The notes under the pieces: model-generated | Databases searched by the model: none | What the model saw: only the letters and a program-made list of their open reading frames with translations | Told to the model about the DNA's origin: nothing | Shown: positions 34,301 to 42,789 of the stretch, in pieces | Layout of the letters: each line of letters opens with the position of its first letter | Numbering within the stretch: position 1 is the first letter of the stretch | Origin: an uncultured Thermoanaerobaculia bacterium | Lineage (GTDB): Bacteria > Acidobacteriota > Thermoanaerobaculia > Thermoanaerobaculales > Sulfomarinibacteraceae | Length of the DNA: 64,000 bases | Direction of reading: 5' to 3' | NCBI GenBank assembly: GCA_964609835.1 | Contig: CAZSTH010000006.1 | Location: forward strand, 5,379-69,378 | Position numbers and translations under genes: made by a program

Positions 34301-36034
34301 GAGCTCAAGGCGGGTTGGCTCGAGCTAACGCCGGACCTCCTCTCAGCGCGGCTCTACGCAGGCGAGACCGGCGACCAGAGCCTGGAGGTCGTCAACCACG
34401 GCGGGATCGACGCTGACGTCATGCTGATGTCGGTGCCGGTGAAGGTGAGCTGGGACTACAGCGCACCCGAGTTCGACCTCGGAAACCTGCCCGGGAACAC
34501 CGATACGCTGTCGATGGGCCGGGCACCGTCGGCCGGAAGCCCGGAAGCAGTGAACTGGAATACCGACCTCGTCCTCAACGGGGCAGAGGCCTTCGGCATG
34601 GACATCTTCCCCGGCCAAACGCTCGTCAATTGGCCCGATGTCACGGCGCCGGATACCTGGAACATCATCTCCGGCGGCATGGAGTCGTTCTACGCGGGTG
34701 GGGACTTCCTGCTCGGGGACTTCAGCACGCTCTACGTCATTGGCTACTCGACCAACAACTTCGCCACAGTCGATACGGCAACCGGTGCGGCCACCGTCAT
34801 CGCGGTCGCCAACCCGGGCGGTGGCGAGTCGTGGAGCGGAATGACGGCAGCGGTGTACGGCACGCTGTACGCGGCCAGTGCGGTCTGCGGCGTCAACTCC
34901 ACCCTCCACACCATCGATCCGACGACCGGTGCGGTCAGCACCATCGGATCGATCACCAACGGCACCTGCATCATCGACATCGCCATCAATGCCGAGGGCG
35001 AGCTCTTCGGCATCGACTTGGTCACAGACACGCTGCTTCAGATCGATCCCGGCACCGGTGCCGGGACCGTGATCGGATCCCTGGGCGTCGACTGCAACTT
35101 CGCACAGGGCATGGACTTCGACGAGGTCTCGGGAACCCTCTACTGGGCGGCCTACACCCTCCAGGGCGAGCTCCGGGTCATCGACACCTCGACCGGTGCG
35201 AGCTCGCTCGTCGGGGCCTTTCCGGGCGGCGCCGAGGTGGACGCCTTCGCCATCGCGACCTCAGCGGGCGGCGGCGGTCTGCCGTGGTTGGAGCTCACCC
35301 CGACCGACGGCACGTCGCCGGCCAACGGCGATCTGCCGATCAACGCCGAGTTCATCGCCGACGGGGCCGATCACTACGGCCTCTACCAGGCGCGCATCAT
35401 GGTCGGCCACGACACGCCCTACGACGTCAACGAGACCTGGGTGTGCTTCACCAAGGCCTTCAACGACGTCAACGAGGCCTTTTGGGGCAACGAGTACATA
35501 CACTCGGTGGCGGGCGCCCGCATCACGGGCGGCTGCGGCCTCGGCAACTTCTGCTCCGGCGACCTCATGCTGCGGCACGTCATGGCGCGCTGGCTGCTCA
35601 AGCTGGTGCACGGACCGGACTACTCGCCGCCTCCGTGTCAGGGCGTTTTCGAGGACGTGGTCTGCGAGTCGACACCGAACGCGGACTGGATCGAGCAGCT
35701 CTACGCCGAGGGCATCACAACCGGTTGTTCGGCCGATCCTCTGCTTTTCTGCCCCTACGACGGGGTGACCCGTTCGCAGATGGCGGTCTTCATCCTGCGC
35801 GCAATCGAGGGTCCCGATTACGTACCACCTGCGTGCACGGGCGTCTTCGGCGATGTCAACTGCCCGAACTACTGGGCCGCCGACTGGATCGAGGAACTCT
35901 ATGCTCGCGGCATTACCACAGGGTGCTCGGCCGATCCGCTGCTCTTCTGCCCCGCGGATTCGACCAACCGTGCGCAGATGTCCGCCTTCGTGCAGCGTGC
36001 ATGGGAGCTTCCCATGTGCGCGGACGAGGACTGA
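31337..36034 (+). CDS. 1,565-aa secreted multidomain surface protein ending in three Cys-bridged SLH-like repeats.
   Basis: GAAGGAGGAG lies upstream and the signal peptide is MRNTGHWWAGATLVVGTLLVLPCVSAAG. An N-terminal conserved unknown domain contains DPIVLYDHISDRWVMSQF. It is followed by CarboxypepD_reg-like repeats and a choice-of-anchor-J/MAM-like segment (FDGGSFPPTGWTTINNGGDCVWS). A propeller-like repeat region comes next. The SLH-like repeats occupy 35459..36031. Confidence 0.85.
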   Translation: MRNTGHWWAGATLVVGTLLVLPCVSAAGDAPQPNVNAAVKRGSSPALRDLPAFVPDATAPEEVREINPRNARLPAALLEADEPEGELDPAVQSMHFADNMPAPVVNFEGIGNVNGVLPPDTTGDVGPDHYVQWVNLSFAVFDKTGAVLAGPFNGNVLWTGFGGTCETSNDGDPIVLYDHISDRWVMSQFTGDNHQCIAVSKSGDPTGEWWLYDFLADANSGYFNDYPKFGVWPDGYYFSANMFGASFQGAMAAVFERDAMLNGDPAQMIWFFTPDLADSPSFSILPADLDGLNLPPAEAPNPFIMSVDDAWGYDFPYDTDALVVMEFAVDWDTPGNSTFGPTEVIDLTAAGLGFDSNMCGYSRNCIPQPDTAQGVDALSSRAMYRLQYRNFGTHHSLVASQTVDENGADHAGVRWYELRDEGMGWGVLQGSTFAPDDAHRWMGDAAMDASGNIAVGYSVSSSTVYPSIRWAGRLASDPVNSLAQGESEVYTGGGSQQNTSARWGDYSTMAVDPVDDCTFWYTQQYIESTGNAPWQTRVASFKFDSCTTGPAGTVEGTVVNSATMNPLEGALVEVGGFSTVTDTMGFYSITVPEDTYDVTASKFGFTALTATDIEVLDGLTVTQDFELTPVGPAGLDGYVTGEGFSWPLYAMVEISSAGETVAELYTDPQNGYFEVELPMSTPYDLVVTSLIESYLPATRSIVLDMGGQTESFVLEDDGTGPWNNCRWIDGIEEDFDGGSFPPTGWTTINNGGDCVWSDTATVGRSNLTPGSGVAATADSDRCGIGTTMDTDLVSPVMDLSGATEVSLEFAYSYNDIGSADFAAASVSADGGASWTNIVTWTSDVSGTLTSDVSGLLAGSANAVVRFTYFAPSWDWYYQVDNVVVTSDGGDASYECTQLLGSLVEGFVTDANSGDGLIGAEVSNDIGGSTTTVATPDDLMLPDGFYTLFTPLPLGDGPSTRTFTATANGYGAGEVAVNLTPNTVNALDFELKAGWLELTPDLLSARLYAGETGDQSLEVVNHGGIDADVMLMSVPVKVSWDYSAPEFDLGNLPGNTDTLSMGRAPSAGSPEAVNWNTDLVLNGAEAFGMDIFPGQTLVNWPDVTAPDTWNIISGGMESFYAGGDFLLGDFSTLYVIGYSTNNFATVDTATGAATVIAVANPGGGESWSGMTAAVYGTLYAASAVCGVNSTLHTIDPTTGAVSTIGSITNGTCIIDIAINAEGELFGIDLVTDTLLQIDPGTGAGTVIGSLGVDCNFAQGMDFDEVSGTLYWAAYTLQGELRVIDTSTGASSLVGAFPGGAEVDAFAIATSAGGGGLPWLELTPTDGTSPANGDLPINAEFIADGADHYGLYQARIMVGHDTPYDVNETWVCFTKAFNDVNEAFWGNEYIHSVAGARITGGCGLGNFCSGDLMLRHVMARWLLKLVHGPDYSPPPCQGVFEDVVCESTPNADWIEQLYAEGITTGCSADPLLFCPYDGVTRSQMAVFILRAIEGPDYVPPACTGVFGDVNCPNYWAADWIEELYARGITTGCSADPLLFCPADSTNRAQMSAFVQRAWELPMCADED

Positions 36035-36072
36035 TCGCAACATCGGCCGTCAACGGGCGGTGCAGAACCTAC

Positions 36073-36099
36073 GCCGGGCCTCAGGGCCCGGCGTTTTTT
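36073..36099 (+). terminator. Rho-independent terminator.
   Basis: GCCGGGCC-tcag-GGCCCGGC is followed by g and TTTTTT. Confidence 0.8.
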
Positions 36100-36272
36100 G
36101 CCCGCTCATCATGGTTGGAGACGCGATATAGTAGATCTCAAGGTCGGGCGCGATTGGAGACCGAAAACACGATCGAGCGAAGCACCGGGGGCCGCATGGT
36201 GCAGCGGCAGGTGGCGTTCTGTGAAGGGGACGTGCCCGCCAACCGGTCGATCGAATCAGGAAGGAGCAGACG

Positions 36273-38108
36273 ATGCGGAGTAGCTCGCGATGTTGGTTGA
36301 CGGGAGTGACGATCATGGTCGCGCTGATTTCGAACGCGGCAACGGTTCCGGCCGCCGGCCCCGAGGAGGCCGACCAGGCCGGTCTCGAGCTCGCACCCGA
36401 TGTCCTCGAGTCGCGCCTCGGGCGCGGCGAAACCGAGGGACAGGCGCTCGAGATCCTGAACTTCGGCGACACCGAGGCAACGGCCCTTCTGTTCCTACTT
36501 CCCTACTCGCCGTGGGTACCCGGCGTACCGATGGACCACATCGACATCCCGCAGCTGACCGCCGAGCAGTCGGCAGCACTGACCTCCCGACTCGTCGGAG
36601 CAACCGGACGTCAACCTGCGGCGACAAGTGCCACCGGCGAGGTCGTCTCGTCGTGGGCCCACGGTTTGACCATCGGTTGGGGCCTCGGCGTCAACCAGCT
36701 GACCGACACTATTTGGGTCGGCGACCCCGGGGCCGCAGGCGGCACCGATCTCGACTATGAGTTCACCCGCGACGGCGTGGCCACCGGCGCCACCATCGAC
36801 ACCTCGCCGTGGGCAGGGGTCTTCGCGGCCGACATGGCCTTCGATCCGATCTCCGGCATGCTGTGGCAGCTCGACGTCGGCGGCATCAACTGCATCCACG
36901 AGCTCGACCCGGTGACCGCATCGGCCACCGGCGAGACGATCTGCTGGAGCGCGCCGTCGTCGGAGCGGGGTCTGGCCTACGATCCGCTGTCGCAGACGTT
37001 CTTCGTTGGCGGTTGGAACACCCTCGCGATCACCCGCTTCGACCGGGCGGGCAACGTGCTTCAGGTCGTCGACGTCGGTCTCGCGATCTCGGGCCTGGCC
37101 TACAACCCGCAGACCGAGCATCTGTTCGTGATCGAGAACTCGATCGAAGACGCGGTCACGGTCCTCGATGTCGGCGACGACTACAGCGAGATCGGGTCCT
37201 TCACCGTGCCCGGGTTTGGGAACTATGCCGGCGCCGGCCTCGGCATCTCCTGCGACGGCCACCTGTGGGCGGCGAACCAGGCGGACATGAAGGTCTACGA
37301 GATTGATTCGGGCGAGACGGAGGCCTGCCTCGTCGCGTCCCTGCCGTGGATCGAGCTGACGCCAGGCTCCGCCGTGGTCCCTCCCGATCCAGGCGAGCAG
37401 GGGCAGGTCACCATCGACGTTCAGTTCATCGCCGACGGCCTCACCCACTTCGGGCTGGTCCAGGCCACAGTGCTTCTCACCGACGGTGACGGAGACGTCG
37501 CAGACCAGGGCCGTGTCTGCATGACGCGGGCGTTCGACGACATCGCGGAGAGCTTCTGGGCCGACGCCTCGATCCACGCCACGGCCGGCGCACGGATCAC
37601 CACCGGTTGCGGACTTGGCGATTTCTGCCCGAGCGACGTGATGCTGCGACATGTGATGGCCAACTGGCTGGTCAAGCTGACGCACGGGCCGGATTTCTCT
37701 CCGCCTCCCTGCACCGAGACCTTCGGCGACGTGGTCTGCGAGCTGACGCCGAACTCGGACTACGTCGAGCAGCTCTACGACGATGGCATCACGACCGGTT
37801 GCTCGGCCGACCCGTTGCTCTTCTGTCCGTATGACGGAGTGACCCGAGCGCAGATGGCGGTCTTCCTGCTGCGGGCCATCGAGGGACCGGACTACTTTCC
37901 GCCACCCTGCACCGGCATCTTCGGCGACGTCAACTGCCCGAGCTTCTGGGCCGCTGATTGGATCGAGGAGCTCTACAGCCGGGGCATTACAACCGGCTGC
38001 TCGGCTGACCCTCTGCTTTACTGCCCGTTCGACCTCACGAACCGGGCGCAGATGTCCGCGTTCGTCCAACGGGCGTGGGAGCTGCCCATGTGTGAGGCCG
38101 ACGACTGA
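36273..38108 (+). CDS. 611-aa secreted beta-propeller-like protein ending in three Cys-bridged SLH-like repeats. It is a paralog of the C-terminal part of 31337..36034.
   Basis: AGGAAGGAG lies upstream and the N-terminus MRSSSRCWLTGVTIMVALISNAATVPAAG looks like a signal peptide. NHL/YncE-like repeats include LAYDPLSQTFFVGGW and LAYNPQTEHLFVIEN. The SLH-like repeats occupy 37533..38105. Confidence 0.85.
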   Translation: MRSSSRCWLTGVTIMVALISNAATVPAAGPEEADQAGLELAPDVLESRLGRGETEGQALEILNFGDTEATALLFLLPYSPWVPGVPMDHIDIPQLTAEQSAALTSRLVGATGRQPAATSATGEVVSSWAHGLTIGWGLGVNQLTDTIWVGDPGAAGGTDLDYEFTRDGVATGATIDTSPWAGVFAADMAFDPISGMLWQLDVGGINCIHELDPVTASATGETICWSAPSSERGLAYDPLSQTFFVGGWNTLAITRFDRAGNVLQVVDVGLAISGLAYNPQTEHLFVIENSIEDAVTVLDVGDDYSEIGSFTVPGFGNYAGAGLGISCDGHLWAANQADMKVYEIDSGETEACLVASLPWIELTPGSAVVPPDPGEQGQVTIDVQFIADGLTHFGLVQATVLLTDGDGDVADQGRVCMTRAFDDIAESFWADASIHATAGARITTGCGLGDFCPSDVMLRHVMANWLVKLTHGPDFSPPPCTETFGDVVCELTPNSDYVEQLYDDGITTGCSADPLLFCPYDGVTRAQMAVFLLRAIEGPDYFPPPCTGIFGDVNCPSFWAADWIEELYSRGITTGCSADPLLYCPFDLTNRAQMSAFVQRAWELPMCEADD

Positions 38109-38132
38109 TCCGAAACGGATGTGGTTGACGAC

Positions 38133-38165
38133 GACCGGCGCCGGTCTCTCCGGCGCCGGTCTTTT
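38133..38165 (+). terminator. Rho-independent terminator.
   Basis: GACCGGCGCCGG-tctct-CCGGCGCCGGTC is followed by TTTTC. Confidence 0.8.
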
Positions 38166-38246
38166 CTCGTAAGCGTGGCCGTCACCTCCCACCCCCGGTC
38201 GCTCGCGGTATGATGACCCATCCGTGACGAGGGGTCCGATCTGTTC

Positions 38247-41200
38247 ATGAACGCACCACATGTCTTCATCGCCGGCTACTACGGCTTTCGCAACCTCGGC
38301 GACGAGGCGGTACTGTCGGCCATGCTCGACCAGCTTCGGGAGCGGCTCGAGGCCCCGACCTTCATCGTCGCCTCAGGGGACCCCGACCACACCACCCGGC
38401 AGCACGGCGTCGGCGCGGTCCCGTGGCGTGATCTCGTCGCGACCGGCAAAGCCGTTGCAGATTCGAATCTGGTCATTATCGGCGGCGGGGGGCTGTTCCA
38501 CGATTATTGGAGGGCCGACCCGACCTCGGTACTGTCCAGCCATCACTACGGCGTCTCCTGGTGCGCATCGACGGCGCTGCTCGCCCGATTGCACGACAAG
38601 CCCCTCATGATCTTCGGCGTCGGCGTCGGACCGCTTGAAACGCACGAGGGCGCCACACTGACACGGCAGGTGTTCGAGCTCGCACAAGATGCCACGGTGC
38701 GGGATTCCGAGTCGCACGATGAGCTCGAGCGACTCGGTGTCCCCGAATCTCTTGTCACCGTGAGCGCCGATCCGGTGTTCGCGAGCCCCGCTCCGGATCC
38801 GCATGTCCGCGACTGGGCCGAGCGACGCCTGACCGGCGTCACCGGCCGGCCGCTGCTCGGCGTGTGTCCCCGGGGCTGGAGCGTCGACGTCGCCCAGTCC
38901 GATTGGCTCAAGACTGTCGCTGAAGGTGTCACCAGATTCGCAAACGCCCACGAGGCGGGCGTGGTCGTGATTCCGTTCAGCGACCTCGACGAAGATGCCG
39001 CCGACGACACCGTCGTCGCCCACGCGCTAGCAGCGACGCTCTCCACCGACGGTCCGGTGCTCGAGATCGGAGTGCCCGAGGACGCTCCGAACGCACGCGC
39101 GCTGCTCGGTCGCTGCGATCTCGTGCTCGGAATGCGGTTGCACTCCGTCATCTTCGCGGCCCTTGAGGGAACGCCGTTGGTCGGCCTGGCCTACGATCCG
39201 AAGGTCCGCCGGACCCTATCGGCCCTCGGTGCCCGCTCCTCGTGTCTGGAGCTTCACGATTTGGATCCAGACCGCCTGCTTTCGAGCCTCGAGAGCGCCT
39301 TCGCGAGCCGAGAGGCGGCCGGGCCCGAACTCGCGCAGGCCGCCGCAAGGCTCGCGGCACGGGCCGCCGTCTCGGCCGACAGGGCGGTCTCGCTTCTCGG
39401 CCGCCGCGAGGTGGGGACCCAAGGCCTCCCGCCCCTGCGTGAGGATTTTTTTCGATCGGCCGTGACCACGGTCATCGAACGTGCGGAGGCGAAATCGTCG
39501 ACGGCCGAAAGACTGGAGGTGCAGCGCGACTGGATCGAAGAGCAGCGCGAGGAGCTCGCCGCTAGTAACCAGGACCTCCAAAGGCAGCTCGAGAGCCAAC
39601 GCCTCGAGATCGATGCCTTGAACGCCAGGCTTCACCGGTTGGTGTCCACCCGGGCGTTCCGCTTCGCCGCGGGGTGGTGGCGTCTCGCGTCGGGCCTCCG
39701 CCGGGCGCTCCAGAGGTCATCGAATTTCGGCGTGTTACCGCTGAGAAGCTGGTACGCCTACGCGTTCGATCGCTTCAAGAGGGCGCGGGGCGCCATCGCC
39801 GGCGATGCGGCTTCAGGCATTCATTGCCCGGGGGACGAGGGTCTGGTGTCGGTGGTGCTTCCCGTGTACAACGGCGCCGACCTCGTCCATGAATCGCTCG
39901 ACAGCCTGCTCTCGCAGACCTACTCGAACTTCGAAATCATCGCCATCAACGATGGATCGACCGACCGAACGGGCGAGGTACTCGACGATTACGCCAAGCG
40001 CGACCCGCGCGTGCGGGTCATCCACCAGCAGAACCGTAAGCTGCCCCGCACCCTGTCGCGCGGCTTCCGAATGGCGCGCGGCCAATTCCTCACCTGGACC
40101 AGCGCCGACAACCGCTGCAAACCCGAGTTCATGCAATCAATGGTGGACTGTCTCGAGCGGCATCCGGATTGGGATATGGTCTACGCCAACGTGGACATCA
40201 TCGGCGACGAAGGCGGTCCGCTCCGCGACTCGCCCTGGTTCGCCGGCTACCAGGTGCCTCCCGGCAGCGAGCACGTCCACCTGCCCCACGACCCGGGTGA
40301 GCTCAATACCTGGGCGAACAACTACGTCTGTGCCGCCTTCCTGTACCGCAGCCGCGTGGCGTGGTTGCTCGGCGACTACAGTCGCTACCGATTCACCACC
40401 GAGGACTACGACTACTGGATGCGAATCAACGAGATGCTGACGCTACGTCACGCCGATTTCGACGAACCGGTCTACGACTACCGCTTTCATGACGAGTCGC
40501 TGACCGCCCGCGACGAAGAGCTCGGCATCACCCGCGGTCGGGACCGGTTGATGGTCTTCGACGATTTCCGCCGCGACGCCCTGCTGACCTCGGCCCTCTG
40601 GCACATCGAACACCGCTCTTCTGCCACCGCGGGACTCGCCGAGGCGCTGCGGCGGCACGTCCGCCGAGCGGGCCACCTGATGTTCGATCCCGCGAAAGAT
40701 GCCGTGGAGCCATGGCCGGATTTCTATCTCACGTCGATCATGGTGCGCGTGGCTACCCCGGACGAGGCCGGTGAGCCGCCACCGAAGCTCCCCCAGAACT
40801 GCCTCAAGGTGCTCGCGCTCCAGACTGCCGAGGCGACCGTGTGTGCCCCGCGGGAGCCTGACGCTGCCTGGGACCTCTGCGTGGCGGTTGGTCCCACCGG
40901 CGGCTCGGAACCGCTGGAGCCGTACCGTCACTGGTTGGCCGCCGACGGTGCCGAATCGTTGTTCCTGGCCGCCGAGGTGCGCGCCCGGAGCGATAGCTTC
41001 GCGGCGGCCGAGGCCGCTGCCGAAGGAGCCGGTCCGAAAGCGACCCTGCGTGCATCGATCGTCATCTGCACCCACCAGGTGATCTCTCCCTTTCGGGACT
41101 CGGTGCTGTCCGCGGTGCGTCAGCACGCCGGTCCCGAGTCGTACGAGGTCTTGGTGGTGAACAACCGGCCCGGAGATCGGGACCTCGAGCTCGAGATCGA

Positions 41201-42020
41201 ATCCGTGAAAACCATCGCGGACAGTGAGCGCCCGGGGCTCATTCGCGTCGTCCGCTGCCCGGTGCCGGGCCTCTCGCACGCCCGTAACGCCGCCATCGCC
41301 GTCGCACGGGGAGAGATCGTGATCTGTCTCGATGACGACGCGATCGCTCGTCCCTCGCTGGTCGACGAGGCAGTGCGGCTGTTCGCCGAGCGGCCAGGGA
41401 TCGGCATCATCGGCGGCCATATCCGCCTCCAACCGCCCGAACCGAAGCCCGAGGTGTTGAATCCCGGGTGGGAGCGCTACTGGAGCCAGCTCCTTACCGG
41501 CGCCACCGCCTGCCACGAGGTCGAGGAATGGTGGGAGTTTCCGTGGGGCGCCTGCTGGTGCGCCCGCCGCGACCTTCTGCTGGCCATGGGCGGATTCCGC
41601 AGCCGTTACGGCCGCGTCGGCAGCGATTACGCCGGTAGCGAGGAGGTCATCGCCGCCGCGCTCGCCCAGCGCCTCGGCGCCGGCATTGCCGTTGCTCCGG
41701 AGCTCGAGGTGCAGCACCGCGTCGAGCGCAGCCGCTACACCTGGCGCCACGTCCGCCGGACGATCATCGCCGGCACCCTCGTCAACTACCAAGCCCAGCG
41801 CGACCTCTACTTGCCGATGTGGGAGGGCATCGGCTCGACCGCACGGAAACTCCTCAGCCCGTCGATCGACCGCACCGTGGGCGCCAACAGCGTCGCGGCA
41901 CGGGCCCGCCATTGGCTGTACCGCAAGGAGGCGTGGCTGCGGCTCCTCCGCGTGCAGCTCGCCGATTGGAGGCGGCGACTGCGGAGGCCATCCCACGCTG
42001 TCCGCCATCGGCGCCGGTGA
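38247..42020 (+). CDS. Trifunctional 1,257-aa protein: CsaB-type polysaccharide pyruvyltransferase domain, then a coiled coil, then two GT2 domains.
   Basis: The N-terminal domain has FIAGYYGFRNLGDEAVLSAML, VIIGGGGLFHDYW, FGVGVGPL, VRDSESHDELERLGV and SADPVF. The coiled coil is ERLEVQRDWIEEQREELAASNQDLQRQLESQRLEIDALNARLHRLV. The first GT2 domain has VSVVLPVYNGADLVHESLDSLLSQTYSNFEIIAINDGSTD. The second has YEVLVVNNRPGD and ICLDDDAIA. Confidence 0.8.
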   Translation: MNAPHVFIAGYYGFRNLGDEAVLSAMLDQLRERLEAPTFIVASGDPDHTTRQHGVGAVPWRDLVATGKAVADSNLVIIGGGGLFHDYWRADPTSVLSSHHYGVSWCASTALLARLHDKPLMIFGVGVGPLETHEGATLTRQVFELAQDATVRDSESHDELERLGVPESLVTVSADPVFASPAPDPHVRDWAERRLTGVTGRPLLGVCPRGWSVDVAQSDWLKTVAEGVTRFANAHEAGVVVIPFSDLDEDAADDTVVAHALAATLSTDGPVLEIGVPEDAPNARALLGRCDLVLGMRLHSVIFAALEGTPLVGLAYDPKVRRTLSALGARSSCLELHDLDPDRLLSSLESAFASREAAGPELAQAAARLAARAAVSADRAVSLLGRREVGTQGLPPLREDFFRSAVTTVIERAEAKSSTAERLEVQRDWIEEQREELAASNQDLQRQLESQRLEIDALNARLHRLVSTRAFRFAAGWWRLASGLRRALQRSSNFGVLPLRSWYAYAFDRFKRARGAIAGDAASGIHCPGDEGLVSVVLPVYNGADLVHESLDSLLSQTYSNFEIIAINDGSTDRTGEVLDDYAKRDPRVRVIHQQNRKLPRTLSRGFRMARGQFLTWTSADNRCKPEFMQSMVDCLERHPDWDMVYANVDIIGDEGGPLRDSPWFAGYQVPPGSEHVHLPHDPGELNTWANNYVCAAFLYRSRVAWLLGDYSRYRFTTEDYDYWMRINEMLTLRHADFDEPVYDYRFHDESLTARDEELGITRGRDRLMVFDDFRRDALLTSALWHIEHRSSATAGLAEALRRHVRRAGHLMFDPAKDAVEPWPDFYLTSIMVRVATPDEAGEPPPKLPQNCLKVLALQTAEATVCAPREPDAAWDLCVAVGPTGGSEPLEPYRHWLAADGAESLFLAAEVRARSDSFAAAEAAAEGAGPKATLRASIVICTHQVISPFRDSVLSAVRQHAGPESYEVLVVNNRPGDRDLELEIESVKTIADSERPGLIRVVRCPVPGLSHARNAAIAVARGEIVICLDDDAIARPSLVDEAVRLFAERPGIGIIGGHIRLQPPEPKPEVLNPGWERYWSQLLTGATACHEVEEWWEFPWGACWCARRDLLLAMGGFRSRYGRVGSDYAGSEEVIAAALAQRLGAGIAVAPELEVQHRVERSRYTWRHVRRTIIAGTLVNYQAQRDLYLPMWEGIGSTARKLLSPSIDRTVGANSVAARARHWLYRKEAWLRLLRVQLADWRRRLRRPSHAVRHRRR

Positions 42021-42025
42021 GAAAG

Positions 42026-42760
42026 ATGGAGATGGACAATAACAACAGCCGCCCGGTCAATCAGAGCCCCGATTGGCAGGACGAGATCAGCTTCTGGGAG
42101 GAACAGCTGTCCGGCGACGGACAGTACTCCGATCTCTACCTCGACAGATTCGACCTCAGCAAACCGGGTTGGGCCTACCGCGACGATCTCGAAGACCTGA
42201 TCCGCGCGCTCGGCGCCGAGAAAGCGCGCAGCGGCAGGGTGCTGGATGTGGGCTCGGGGCCGGGTTCGGTGTTCTCGTACGGCTATTTCACCGGACGCTT
42301 CGACCTCGTCGCCGTGGACCCGCTGGTCACCGAGTATCTCGCGCTGATGAAAAAGCACGGCCGGCCCCAGATCTGCCCCATGGTGGATTGCGCCGGTGAG
42401 CATCTCAGCCGCCACCTGCCGCGCGGGCACTTCGACTTCGTGTGGTCCCACAACGCCATCGACCACAGCCAGCAGCCGGACCGTGTGCTCGCGAACATGG
42501 TCGACGTCACGCGGCCCGGCGGGGTCCTCGTGGTCCAGTGCTGGCAGGACGAGGCGACCCACGCCGCGTGGACCGGGCTGCACGCCTTCGACTTTCGTAA
42601 GCGGTCCGACGGCCATCTCTGCTACGCCACCAGCGACGGCGCGGTTCACCCGTTCCACGACCCCCGGATCGACGTCATCGATCCCTTGGTGGCCCCACTG
42701 AAAAACGTGCCGGAGCGCGACGGCAAGACCTGGATCGCGGCATGGTACCGCCGTCGGTGA
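42026..42760 (+). CDS. Class I SAM-dependent methyltransferase.
   Basis: The motifs RVLDVGSGPGS and TRPGGVLVV are present. It starts 6 nt after the upstream stop. Confidence 0.75.
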   Translation: MEMDNNNSRPVNQSPDWQDEISFWEEQLSGDGQYSDLYLDRFDLSKPGWAYRDDLEDLIRALGAEKARSGRVLDVGSGPGSVFSYGYFTGRFDLVAVDPLVTEYLALMKKHGRPQICPMVDCAGEHLSRHLPRGHFDFVWSHNAIDHSQQPDRVLANMVDVTRPGGVLVVQCWQDEATHAAWTGLHAFDFRKRSDGHLCYATSDGAVHPFHDPRIDVIDPLVAPLKNVPERDGKTWIAAWYRRR

Positions 42761-42789
42761 CCCACCACTCGCCGCGATGTCAGCCGCGC

